A stretch of DNA of 64,000 nt from Bacteroidetes bacterium ADurb.Bin217. Its GTDB lineage: Bacteria; Bacteroidota; Bacteroidia; Bacteroidales; UBA1715. Each line of letters opens with the position of its first letter. Position 1 is the first letter of the stretch. The stretch is from assembly GCA_002069975.1 (NCBI GenBank), contig MWCJ01000009.1, forward strand, positions 848-64,847, given 5' to 3'. Of this stretch, positions 26,902 through 36,466 are shown piece by piece. Below the pieces are notes generated by a model. That model was not told where the DNA came from, searched no databases, and saw nothing but the letters and a program-made list of their open reading frames with translations. Made by a program: the position numbers and the translations under genes.

Positions 26902-28128
26902 ATGATTCGATTAATTGTATTTACTTGTTTTTTGCTTGCATTTGGTAGGGCATATGCTCAGCAATATCCATTTCCACAACAACAAACATACGCCTACGGT
27001 GTAATGAGTTCTCATATTACTGCTGCCGATATTTCTAAAGATTATATCTTTTGGAAACAACATGCTGTTGCTTTTTGTAACGAAACCGAAGCTCGTATCA
27101 TGAAATTTCCTAACGATTCTAAAACTACTGTATCTGAGGGGATAGCTTATGGTATGCTTATATCAGCCTATATGGGCGACAAGCAATTGTTCGATAAGCT
27201 TGTGAATTATTATAAATCTCGTTGTAATTCGAATGGTATGATGAATTGGATTTATATAGATTGCGAGAGTGGCGATAACAAAAAAAATGGAGCTACCGAT
27301 GCCGATATAGATATAGCTTGTGCATTGTTGGTTGCTGCGAAACAATGGCCGGGAGAACCGCGGTATAAGCAACTTGCTTCTGCAGTAATCGATAGTTTGC
27401 AAGTTCATAATTTTGTGGTGTGTAATGGTGAAATAATTCAAAGACCCGGCGATGAATTTGGTGGGTGTAATTGTACAAATCCGTCGTATTATTCACCTGC
27501 ATATTATAAATTATTTGCTACTATCAAAAAGGCAGAAGGTAACATGGCTGCATATTCGTTTTGGGAAAAAGCATATTTTGATGTATACAGTACGTTGCTT
27601 AAAAATGCTCATCCTATAACCGGACTGGTATATGCTTGGACAAATTTCGAAGGTAAAGACCCGTCTGATTGTTATTATGAAGTTTCGGGTTCGGGCACTT
27701 ACAATTCATATCAATACGATGCTTGTAGAACACCGTGGCGTATTACTATGGATTATGTGTGGTTTGGCAATGAGCAGGCTCACGATTATTTACAACGCAT
27801 TTCTCGGTTTGTTCAAGCTCCTGTATATGCTCAGTACGACGAAAAGGGTAGAGTGTGGTATGGTGCCGGTGGTATTGCCAATGTGGTTGATAGTTATTGG
27901 ACTAACGGACTGCGTCGTATAAATCCCGATTATCCTGATTGGGGGCATAGACATGCTATAGCATTTGTGGGTTCATTTGCATTGGCTTCAATGGCAACAA
28001 ATCAACAGTATGTAGACCACTGTATGAAAGAATTTGGAGTACTTACTGCCACTCGCTATTATGAATCGTGTTTAGGCTTGTTGTATAAACTTTTAGCAAC
28101 CGGTAATTTTTGGTACCCGGGAGAATAA
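26902..28128 (+). CDS. Secreted glycoside hydrolase family 8
   Basis: TVSEGIAYGML (catalytic Glu block). ATDADIDIACALLVAAKQW fits the GH8 signature A-[ST]-D-[AG]-D-x2-[IM]-A... Confidence 0.8.
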   Translation: MIRLIVFTCFLLAFGRAYAQQYPFPQQQTYAYGVMSSHITAADISKDYIFWKQHAVAFCNETEARIMKFPNDSKTTVSEGIAYGMLISAYMGDKQLFDKLVNYYKSRCNSNGMMNWIYIDCESGDNKKNGATDADIDIACALLVAAKQWPGEPRYKQLASAVIDSLQVHNFVVCNGEIIQRPGDEFGGCNCTNPSYYSPAYYKLFATIKKAEGNMAAYSFWEKAYFDVYSTLLKNAHPITGLVYAWTNFEGKDPSDCYYEVSGSGTYNSYQYDACRTPWRITMDYVWFGNEQAHDYLQRISRFVQAPVYAQYDEKGRVWYGAGGIANVVDSYWTNGLRRINPDYPDWGHRHAIAFVGSFALASMATNQQYVDHCMKEFGVLTATRYYESCLGLLYKLLATGNFWYPGE

Positions 28129-28129
28129 T

Positions 28130-29509
28130 TTATTCAGTATCTTTACTTAATCCAATTATTTTTTCAGCAAATTCAGTATAATTTAATCCCGAAAAATTGC
28201 CAGAACTCATTAGTAGTAATATTTTTTTGTTCCAACGTATCATGTAAAGTTCTGATTTAACATCTTCTACACTAGTAAATACATTTATTTTAGTACTACC
28301 AAATGCTTCTTTTATGCGTTCTTCAGAAATATTGTCGAATCCTTTTTTTCGTAATGTTTCGGGGTTAATATATACAATTTTTTCGTCTGCCAAATTCATG
28401 CTGCCATTGTACTGATTTAGAAACGAATCATATAAACTTGATGTGGCATATAATTCTAGGCATACAATGAGTTCGCGGTTTGGAAATTGTTCTCGAATTG
28501 CTTTAATAGTGTAGTTTAGTTTTACAGGTGAATGAGCAAAATCTAAATAAATATTTACAGTTTTGCTTTTCCCTATAAGTTGTAAGTGTTTGCTGGTGCC
28601 TTTAAATGTTTTTATAGCACGATAAAATTTTTCTTCCGAAATTTTAAGAAATTGGCATACTTTGATAGCACCTGCTATATTTTGCATGTTATGCTCGCCA
28701 AATAAAAATACAGGTAAGCGTCCGCCCGAAATTTTCAAGAAACTTCTATTGTCGAATACTTCGTATGGATGCATGGTGTATGGTGCACGTTGAACATGTT
28801 CGGGGGTTTCATTTATAACTTGTTGTACAATACTGTCGTCGTTGTTATATATTAATTTTCCGTTGTGTTCTATAGAATTTACATATTTTTTGAATTGTTC
28901 TACATACATATCAAAAGTAGAGAATGTATTAACATGATCCCATGCTATACCACTTAATAATGCAATATGAGGTTTGTAATGTTCAAATTTTGACCGATCG
29001 TCTATAGTTGATGTTACATGTTCGTCGCCTTCAATTATTATTATTTTATTGGTTTCGCTCAATTTTATTGTGCCTTCGTGTCCGGGAACTGTAGCTGATA
29101 CCAAATAGTCAAAGTCGTACTCATAGTAAGATAACACGTGCATTACTATAGATGCAATAGTATTTTTTCCATGACTACCTGCTATTACCACACGCTGTTT
29201 GTGTTGCGACATGGTATATATAAATTCGGGATAGGAATATATGCGAATACCTAATTCTTGAGCTCGCAGTAATTCGGGATTGTCATTTTTTGCATGACGA
29301 CCTAATATTATGGTGTCAATATCTTTGGTGATTTTCTCGGGAAACCATCCTATTTGTTCGGGAAGTAAATTGTTGTTTTTCAGATTTGTATATGAAGGGT
29401 CGTAAATTTCGTCGTCGCTCCCCGAAACTATAAATCCATTTTTTTGCAAGGCAATTGCTAAATTGTGCATTGCCCTTCCACCTATGGCTATAAAATGAAT
29501 TCTTTGCAT
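28130..29509 (-). CDS. Mur ligase family protein, Mpl-like (UDP-MurNAc:tripeptide ligase)
   Basis: IHFIAIGGRAMHNLAIAL N-terminus, P-loop-like GSHGKNT, and central and C-terminal Mur ligase blocks. Confidence 0.7.
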   Translation of the reverse strand: MQRIHFIAIGGRAMHNLAIALQKNGFIVSGSDDEIYDPSYTNLKNNNLLPEQIGWFPEKITKDIDTIILGRHAKNDNPELLRAQELGIRIYSYPEFIYTMSQHKQRVVIAGSHGKNTIASIVMHVLSYYEYDFDYLVSATVPGHEGTIKLSETNKIIIIEGDEHVTSTIDDRSKFEHYKPHIALLSGIAWDHVNTFSTFDMYVEQFKKYVNSIEHNGKLIYNNDDSIVQQVINETPEHVQRAPYTMHPYEVFDNRSFLKISGGRLPVFLFGEHNMQNIAGAIKVCQFLKISEEKFYRAIKTFKGTSKHLQLIGKSKTVNIYLDFAHSPVKLNYTIKAIREQFPNRELIVCLELYATSSLYDSFLNQYNGSMNLADEKIVYINPETLRKKGFDNISEERIKEAFGSTKINVFTSVEDVKSELYMIRWNKKILLLMSSGNFSGLNYTEFAEKIIGLSKDTE

Positions 29510-29633
29510 AGTTTTAAATTACATATAAATCTAAACAAAAATACAAAAAAAAACACACAAGCATACAACTTACTATGATTTGTATGTTATTATTACATGA
29601 AAGTAACTTTTTATAGAAATTCTAAAAAACTGT

Positions 29634-30059
29634 TTAAATTTGATAGATGTCGCCCGAACGTAATAGTTCTAGTTTATTATCTTGCAAAATTTGAATTAAC
29701 TCTTGGGTAGATTCTGTACGAATTACAACTACGGCATCATGTTCGGCAGCAAAGGCGTACATGTAATCTATACTTATATTATTGTTCGAAATAATTTGTA
29801 AGGCATGATATAATCCTCCGGGTTTATGTGGAATTATTAAACATGCAACATCGGTAATTGTTACTGAAAATTTATGCTCTTTTAAAACAGTATATGCTAA
29901 TTCCGGACGACCGACAATGCATCGAATAATACCATAATCGGTACCGTCGGCTATACTGAAAGCCGAAATATTTATATCATGTTCGGCTAAAACTTTTGTT
30001 AACTCTGTTAACCTGCCAAGTTTGTTTTCTAAAAAAACCGAAAGTTGTTTAACTATCAT
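29634..30059 (-). CDS. ACT domain protein
   Basis: 141 aa with two ACT-like halves. It sits in the usual position downstream of phenylacetate-CoA ligase. Confidence 0.7.
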   Translation of the reverse strand: MIVKQLSVFLENKLGRLTELTKVLAEHDINISAFSIADGTDYGIIRCIVGRPELAYTVLKEHKFSVTITDVACLIIPHKPGGLYHALQIISNNNISIDYMYAFAAEHDAVVVIRTESTQELIQILQDNKLELLRSGDIYQI

Positions 30060-30085
30060 TTTATTACAATTTTTAGAGGTTATTG

Positions 30086-31381
30086 TTATAATTTTCTGTT
30101 GTCGATAACGCGTTGTGCTTTTCCTTCGAATCGCTGCATACTATTAGGTTCTACAAGTTTTATTGAAGCATTTATTCCTAATAAATTTGCAATTGCATGT
30201 TGTATTTTTTTCTTCAATCCATCGAGGACTTTCATTTCGTCTGTCCAATATTGTTCTACAACCTCTACTTGAATTTCAAGTGTGTCAAGATTGTTTTCGC
30301 GATTTACAATAATTGTATAATGTGGTGTAGTTTCGGCTAATTCTATTAAAACAGATTCTACTTGCGATGGAAACACATTTACACCTCGAATTATTAACAT
30401 ATCGTCGGAACGTCCAATGATTCTTCCCATACGTACCATTGTTCTGCCGCATGCACAGGTATCATAATGTAAAGTTGTTAAATCACGTGTGCGATATCGT
30501 AATAATGGCAGAGCTTCTTTTGTAATGGTAGTAAATACCAATTCTCCGAGTTCACCTTCGGGTAACACTTCTCCTGTGTCGGGATTTATAATTTCGGGAA
30601 TAAAATGATCTTCAAAAATATGACTACCATTTTGACATTCACATTCCATAGAAACGCCCGGACCTATGATTTCGCTCAATCCATATATATTGTATGCTTT
30701 AATACCTATAGAATTTTGAATAAACGAACGCATTTCTTCTGTCCATGGTTCGGCACCAAATACACCAATTTTTAATTTTATTTTATCCAATAATTTTTCG
30801 GCTAAAATACTTTCGCTCAAAAATGCTGCATACGAAGGTGTACACGCAATTACTGTAGAGCCAAAGTCTTCCATTAATTGTAATTGTTTTTTTGTATTCC
30901 CGCCAGATATTGGAATTACCGATGCTCCTACCTTTTCGGCTCCATAATGAACCCCCAAACCGCCTGTAAATAAACCATATCCATAGGCAACTTGCATTAT
31001 ATCGGAATTACTTATACCTGCCATTGTTAGTGAGCGTGCCATTACTTCGGTCCACGTTTCCAAATCTTTTTGCGTATATGCTACTACGGTAGGTTTTCCT
31101 GTTGTGCCACTCGAAGCATGCAACCGAACTACTTGATGTTGGGGAACTGCAAATAGTCCAAAGGGATAATTATCGCGTAAATCTTGTTTGTAAGTAAAAG
31201 GTAAACTCGATAGTTGTGAAACATTGGTAATATCATTGGGGTGAATTCCTAATTCAGTAAATTTATTGCGATAAAAAGGAACATTGTTGTACATACGAAG
31301 CAGCATATCGTGCAAACGCTTGCTTTGTAAATTGTGTAGTTCATTACGACTACTACATTCAATTTCTTTATTCCAAAACAT
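30086..31381 (-). CDS. Phenylacetate-CoA ligase (PaaK-type adenylate-forming enzyme)
   Basis: [12 protein letters not shown]-binding motif and YRTRDLT. About 431 aa. Confidence 0.85.
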   Translation of the reverse strand: MFWNKEIECSSRNELHNLQSKRLHDMLLRMYNNVPFYRNKFTELGIHPNDITNVSQLSSLPFTYKQDLRDNYPFGLFAVPQHQVVRLHASSGTTGKPTVVAYTQKDLETWTEVMARSLTMAGISNSDIMQVAYGYGLFTGGLGVHYGAEKVGASVIPISGGNTKKQLQLMEDFGSTVIACTPSYAAFLSESILAEKLLDKIKLKIGVFGAEPWTEEMRSFIQNSIGIKAYNIYGLSEIIGPGVSMECECQNGSHIFEDHFIPEIINPDTGEVLPEGELGELVFTTITKEALPLLRYRTRDLTTLHYDTCACGRTMVRMGRIIGRSDDMLIIRGVNVFPSQVESVLIELAETTPHYTIIVNRENNLDTLEIQVEVVEQYWTDEMKVLDGLKKKIQHAIANLLGINASIKLVEPNSMQRFEGKAQRVIDNRKL

Positions 31382-31391
31382 GAGTATATTT

Positions 31392-31964
31392 TTATTTAGT
31401 TATTTCTAATCCTTTGTATAATGCTGCTATGTTGGCATCTATTATTGCATTTCCTTTTGTTGCAAACAAAGTACGAATTCCCCATTCAATTTGTTCTTGC
31501 GGGATTCCCAAATATGGAATGGCAGCACCAAGCAAAACTATATTATATGATTTAATATTTCCCAACTGCTGTGCTATTTGCGACGCATGGATAAGTTTTG
31601 CATTCGGGAATTTTTTTAATTCCGATAGAACTGCATCAATATTGGGATAATTGGTAATATTTGTAAAAGGTTCTGTTGCAGAAATTATTATACCTTTTTC
31701 TTTTAAAAAGGGTACATATCGCAATGCTTCAAGTGGTTCTACCGAAATTATCACATCTGCCTGACCAAGAGGTATTAAATCGGAATAAATAATTGAATCG
31801 GATATGCGTAAATGTGATTGAACCTCTCCACCACGTTGACTCATTCCATGAACTTCGGCTTGTTTTACATGCAAACCACTATGCATTGCAGCTAAATCTA
31901 TAATAGACGAAATAGTTAGAATACCTTGTCCACCTACACCTGCAATTATTATATTTGTTTTCAT
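31392..31964 (-). CDS. iorB: Indolepyruvate:ferredoxin oxidoreductase subunit beta
   Basis: [24 protein letters not shown]. Follows iorA. Confidence 0.85.
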   Translation of the reverse strand: MKTNIIIAGVGGQGILTISSIIDLAAMHSGLHVKQAEVHGMSQRGGEVQSHLRISDSIIYSDLIPLGQADVIISVEPLEALRYVPFLKEKGIIISATEPFTNITNYPNIDAVLSELKKFPNAKLIHASQIAQQLGNIKSYNIVLLGAAIPYLGIPQEQIEWGIRTLFATKGNAIIDANIAALYKGLEITK

Positions 31965-32007
31965 CCTACTTTGTGTTAACTATATTTATTATGTGGGTTT
32001 CATACTA

Positions 32008-33603
32008 TTATGATGTCTTATTTTTCTTTTTGTTACGAATAGCAACTTGAACACATTCTCGTTGTGCAATAATTACAGACACGCCTTTATATTCTATTTC
32101 TTCGCGAATTATTTGTATATTTTCTTGCAATCCCGTTGAAATAGGTGTAATTGTTCGAATATGAGAAGGTTCTACGCCAATACCTTCGCATATACTATGT
32201 AACTTATGTGTTCCTGCAGAATCTTGTCCGCCTGTCATTGCAGTAGTTGCATTATCGGAAATTATAATTGTAACATGCGATTTGTCGTTTACAGCATCGA
32301 GTAGACCTGTAATGCCGGAATGTGTAAATGTGGAATCGCCAATTAATCCTATAGCCGGATGCATTCCTGCGTCGGCGGCACCTTTTGCCATGGTAACCGA
32401 AGCTCCCATGTCTACACATGTATTTATAGCTTCAAATGGTTTTAAAGCACCTAAGGTATAACAACCTATATCAGAAAAAACGTGATTATGTGAATATTCT
32501 TTCATTACTATTTGTAATGCTTCAAACAAATCGCGGTGACTACAGCCTTTGCATAGTTCCGGTGGACGATTGACTACGAATACCGGTATGGAATATTCTT
32601 GTTGAATCGCAATGCCAAATGCTTGTGCTATATGGTCTGGGTTTAATTCTCCGGTTCGGGGCAATGTGCCATCTAATCGACCACGTAATTTATTATTACC
32701 GCTAAATCCACGGAGCAATTCTTCATACACAGGATATCCTTCTTCTGCAATTAGAATAGAATCATATGTGTATAAAAATTCGGCAACGTGCGTGTGCGGA
32801 ATTGGATATTGAGAAATTTTTAGAACAGAAATATCAAGATTATGAGCTGTAATAACTTCCATAACATAATTATATGCTATGCCAAATGCAATGACAGCCT
32901 GTTTGGAATTTCCTTTTACAACAGTATTAAATGGAGATTTTTCCGATAATTCTAATAGTTTTGGTTGTAGTGAAAGTAAGTGTGCATATCGCATACGAGC
33001 AAATGCCGGAATTAATATCCACTTACGTTTATCGGTATCGGGATTCAAAGAATTTTGTTTTTGAATTGATTGAGAAACCACAATAGCACGAGAATGCGAA
33101 ATGCGTGTTGAAATTCGAACAACAATAGGTAATTGTAATTGTTCGGAAATGCTGTAGGCGTAGTGAATACAGTCATATGCTTCCTGTTGTGTTGAAGGCT
33201 CAAGTACAGGAAGCATTGCAAATTTGCCAAACACTCTACTGTCTTGTTCGTTTTGTGAAGAATGCATTGACGGATCGTCGGCAACAACTAATACCATTCC
33301 ACCATTTACCCCCGTCATTGCGGAGTTCATAAAAGCATCTGCGGCAACATTTAATCCAACGTGTTTCATGCATACCAACGAGCGTTTCCCGGCATACGAC
33401 ATACCTAAAGCCGATTCGTACGCGGTTTTTTCATTTGCCGACCACGTAGAATGAATATTTCGTTCGCGAGCAATGTGTGAATGTTGTATAAATTCTGTGA
33501 TTTCTGTTGAAGGTGTGCCAGGATATGCATATACCCCCGAAATTCCGGCATCTATTGCTGCCATTGCTATAGCTTCGGCACCAAGTAATAAATGTTGATT
33601 CAT
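32008..33603 (-). CDS. iorA: Indolepyruvate:ferredoxin oxidoreductase subunit alpha
   Basis: Thiamine-diphosphate oxidoreductase blocks (GYPGTPSTEI, GDSTFTHSG). 531 aa. Confidence 0.85.
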   Translation of the reverse strand: MNQHLLLGAEAIAMAAIDAGISGVYAYPGTPSTEITEFIQHSHIARERNIHSTWSANEKTAYESALGMSYAGKRSLVCMKHVGLNVAADAFMNSAMTGVNGGMVLVVADDPSMHSSQNEQDSRVFGKFAMLPVLEPSTQQEAYDCIHYAYSISEQLQLPIVVRISTRISHSRAIVVSQSIQKQNSLNPDTDKRKWILIPAFARMRYAHLLSLQPKLLELSEKSPFNTVVKGNSKQAVIAFGIAYNYVMEVITAHNLDISVLKISQYPIPHTHVAEFLYTYDSILIAEEGYPVYEELLRGFSGNNKLRGRLDGTLPRTGELNPDHIAQAFGIAIQQEYSIPVFVVNRPPELCKGCSHRDLFEALQIVMKEYSHNHVFSDIGCYTLGALKPFEAINTCVDMGASVTMAKGAADAGMHPAIGLIGDSTFTHSGITGLLDAVNDKSHVTIIISDNATTAMTGGQDSAGTHKLHSICEGIGVEPSHIRTITPISTGLQENIQIIREEIEYKGVSVIIAQRECVQVAIRNKKKNKTS

Positions 33604-33750
33604 TATAAATGTTATTGAAAAACTCTAGTTTTATTTTAAACAACAAATGTAAAATTTTTATACATAGTAATAAAAATTAAGGAGAAAATATTTTTATTAA
33701 TTTTGGAAAGAGTGCTGTTGTGGAAAGTCTTATTAATTGAAAAAAAATAA

Positions 33751-33776
33751 TATTTTTGTACCAGTTCCTTAAGGAA
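33751..33776 (+). promoter_or_regulatory. -7 box TATTTTTG followed by the perfect 12-bp palindrome ttccttaaggaa
   Basis: TATTTTTG at 33751-33758 and the palindrome at 33765-33776, upstream of the ATG at 33799. Confidence 0.4.
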
Positions 33777-33798
33777 TTAACATTTTAAAGTAAAAAGT

Positions 33799-34647
33799 AT
33801 GAAATTATATTCTTTAGAAACCGAACATTTAATGCTTGATGGTGGTGCTATGTTTGGTGTTGTACCTAAGTCAATTTGGAGTAAAAAATATCCTGTAAAC
33901 GATTTAAATTTATGTAATTTATCAATGCGTTGTTTGCTCATAGAAGTTGACAATCGTCGTATACTTATAGATTGTGGTATGGGAAATACTATGCCCGAGA
34001 ATTTATTGAAATTTTATCATATTAATGGTGATAATACGTTGTTGGGGTCTTTACAAAATCATGGATTTGTACCCGAAGATATTACAGATGTAGTTCTTAC
34101 TCACTTGCATTTCGACCATTGCGGCGGTGCTGTTACCAAACATGCCGATGGAACAGTGAGTCTAACATTTACCAATGCTCAATATTGGATTGGTAAAGCG
34201 CATTGGGAAACGGCTCAAAAACCCAATAGGAGAGAGCGTCCTTCATTTTTCAAAGATAATATAGAACCCCTACAGCAAAGTGGTAAACTGAATTTGATTG
34301 CAGAAAATACGGAAATTGTTCCCGGAGTTGAATTGCGTTTGTACAACGGACATACACTCGGTCAAATAATTCCATTTATTCAGTATAAATCTAAAACATT
34401 GGTATATACTGCCGATTTTATCCCTACTTCGGCTCACATTCCCGTATCGTTTGTTTGTGGATACGATATTTATCCTTTGCAAACTATGGATGAAACTGAA
34501 GAATTTTTGAATGAAGCTGTCGAACATAAGTATGTGTTATTCTTCGAACACGACATTCAAGTAGAATGTTGCTCGCTTGTACAAACACCCAAGGGTGTTG
34601 TTATGGGAGAAGTGTTTGGGTTGAAACAGTTTCTTGATGAGGCATAG
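33799..34647 (+). CDS. MBL-fold metallo-hydrolase
   Basis: THLHFDHCGG motif. Confidence 0.8.
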   Translation: MKLYSLETEHLMLDGGAMFGVVPKSIWSKKYPVNDLNLCNLSMRCLLIEVDNRRILIDCGMGNTMPENLLKFYHINGDNTLLGSLQNHGFVPEDITDVVLTHLHFDHCGGAVTKHADGTVSLTFTNAQYWIGKAHWETAQKPNRRERPSFFKDNIEPLQQSGKLNLIAENTEIVPGVELRLYNGHTLGQIIPFIQYKSKTLVYTADFIPTSAHIPVSFVCGYDIYPLQTMDETEEFLNEAVEHKYVLFFEHDIQVECCSLVQTPKGVVMGEVFGLKQFLDEA

Positions 34648-34662
34648 AATTACAAAATGCAC

Positions 34663-34703
34663 AAAAAAGGGAGACTATTTTTAAATAATAGCCTCCCTTT
34701 TTT
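34663..34703. terminator. Bidirectional terminator hairpin
   Basis: gggagactatt (34669-34679) pairs with aatagcctccc (34687-34697) with one mismatch. It is flanked by A and T tracts and lies between convergent genes. Confidence 0.75.
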
Positions 34704-34721
34704 GTGTTTGTGAAATCAATA

Positions 34722-35678
34722 TTATTTTACTTCAGCTACATACGCTCCACTTACATCTTGTTTTATAGCAGGTAAGTCTGCTGCAGCTTCTTCTTTTGTT
34801 GAGTATGGACCAATATATACTTTAAATAATTTAGGACCTCCCGATACATAATCGGGAATCCAATAATACCCGCATTTTTTTCCTTGAGTAGAAAGTGTAG
34901 CAACAGTTTTAATTGCTACAGCTTCATTCGAAATGCTTGAGTAACTAATAATCCAACAAGGTGTTTGTAATTTACCTTTTGTTACAATTCTCTCTTTTTT
35001 AGCTGGTTTCGGAGCTGCAACTTCTTTTGTAGCAGCAGGTTGTGTTTTTAGTGTTTCCGTAATAGTTTCTACAACTTTTTCTTCTGGTATTGTTGTATTT
35101 GTTTCGCTATCACGTTCTTCTTTAGTAACTACTTCGTCGGTTGCTTCTGCATTTGGTGTCTCACTTTGAACTGTTTGAGTTAATGAGTCAATTTTTGCAT
35201 GTTCGGTTTCAATTGTAACTATACCTTTTTCAACGAGCGAAGGGAATTTTTTTGCTAAAATAGAAGGATTTATAACAAATAAATATGCAGCTGAAGCAAC
35301 AATTACAAACAGAGCTACAATAAGGATAAGTCCTATTTTGCTCTTTGATTTTGGTTCAGAATCAGTTGGAATTTCTTTTTTTGCATGTTTTTGTTTTTTT
35401 TCTTTTTTTAATTGAGCTAATTTTTGTGCCTTGGTTTCCGAAGGTGTTATTTCTTTTTCTTCAAGTTCCTCATTTGTATTTAATTCCTCGCTTGCATAGT
35501 CGGTAATTTTTTCTTCATTTGCAGGCTCTGTTTGTTCTACTGATTGAGTTTTATTTTGCTCAATTTCTATGATAAGCTCGTCATCGTTTTTTGGTGACAA
35601 TATAGGTTCTTGCGGTAAATCTTGTCCTGTTTTTTCAGGTTCTTTTTCGTTATCTTTGTTTTCTGTAGAATCTGTCAT
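34722..35678 (-). CDS. SPOR-domain membrane protein with a long E/K/T-rich low-complexity region
   Basis: One TM segment (IGLILIVALFVIVASAAYLFV). The C-terminal roughly 80 aa are SPOR-like (YYWIPDY...FKVYIGPYSTKEEA). Confidence 0.65.
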   Translation of the reverse strand: MTDSTENKDNEKEPEKTGQDLPQEPILSPKNDDELIIEIEQNKTQSVEQTEPANEEKITDYASEELNTNEELEEKEITPSETKAQKLAQLKKEKKQKHAKKEIPTDSEPKSKSKIGLILIVALFVIVASAAYLFVINPSILAKKFPSLVEKGIVTIETEHAKIDSLTQTVQSETPNAEATDEVVTKEERDSETNTTIPEEKVVETITETLKTQPAATKEVAAPKPAKKERIVTKGKLQTPCWIISYSSISNEAVAIKTVATLSTQGKKCGYYWIPDYVSGGPKLFKVYIGPYSTKEEAAADLPAIKQDVSGAYVAEVK

Positions 35679-35737
35679 GTTTTTTTAATTTTTTAGGTTA
35701 TTTACAAATATAAAAATTATGAAGCCACTTTCCAATG

Positions 35738-36451
35738 TTATTTAAAAGAAATTGTAGAATTAAAAATGGCATCTTTATACATTTTGCTATAAGGTATCGA
35801 TGTAGATTTACCTTTATATTCTAAATGTAGTCTGTTTTCTTCTATCCGTGTTAAATATTTTTTATTAATAATAAAGCTGCGATGAGTTCGAATAAATAGA
35901 TGACGAGGCAACATATCTTCGAATGATTTTAAAGTATTATTAGTTAAAAAAATACTATCGCAGGTAATAATTTTAGAATAATTATCGTGAGCTTCTATCC
36001 AAATAATATCTTCTTGTAAAACTTTATAGTATGCATTTTTCTTTTTAAAAAAGTAAGAATTATCTGTTAATTCCGGTTTTATTTGAGCCGAATGTTCTTT
36101 AATAGCATCTTTTACTTTTTGTATTGATTTTAAAAATCGAGGATACTCAATAGGTTTTAATAGAAAATCCAAAGCATTATAATTAAAAGCATCGAGTGCA
36201 TATTCTTTATTTGATGATATAAAAACGATGTGAGGAATAGTAAGTAGAGATTCTAAAAATTCAATCCCATTCATTTCGGGCATTTCCATATCAAGAAAAA
36301 TTACATCGATATGCGAAAACTCTTGAATAGCTTCTATAGCTTGAATTGGATTGTGAAATACGTATTTTAATTGAAGCCCCGAAGTTTTTTTTATGTATTG
36401 TTCCAATAAAGTACAAATTACTTTATCGTCGTCTATAATTATGCAATTCAT
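35738..36451 (-). CDS. LytTR-family response regulator
   Basis: REC domain (IIIDDD..., DVIFLDMEMPEMNG) plus a LytTR domain (IIWIEAHDNYSKI..., FIRTHRSFIIN). Confidence 0.9.
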   Translation of the reverse strand: MNCIIIDDDKVICTLLEQYIKKTSGLQLKYVFHNPIQAIEAIQEFSHIDVIFLDMEMPEMNGIEFLESLLTIPHIVFISSNKEYALDAFNYNALDFLLKPIEYPRFLKSIQKVKDAIKEHSAQIKPELTDNSYFFKKKNAYYKVLQEDIIWIEAHDNYSKIITCDSIFLTNNTLKSFEDMLPRHLFIRTHRSFIINKKYLTRIEENRLHLEYKGKSTSIPYSKMYKDAIFNSTISFK

Positions 36452-36466
36452 ATGTTTGTAATTTTT

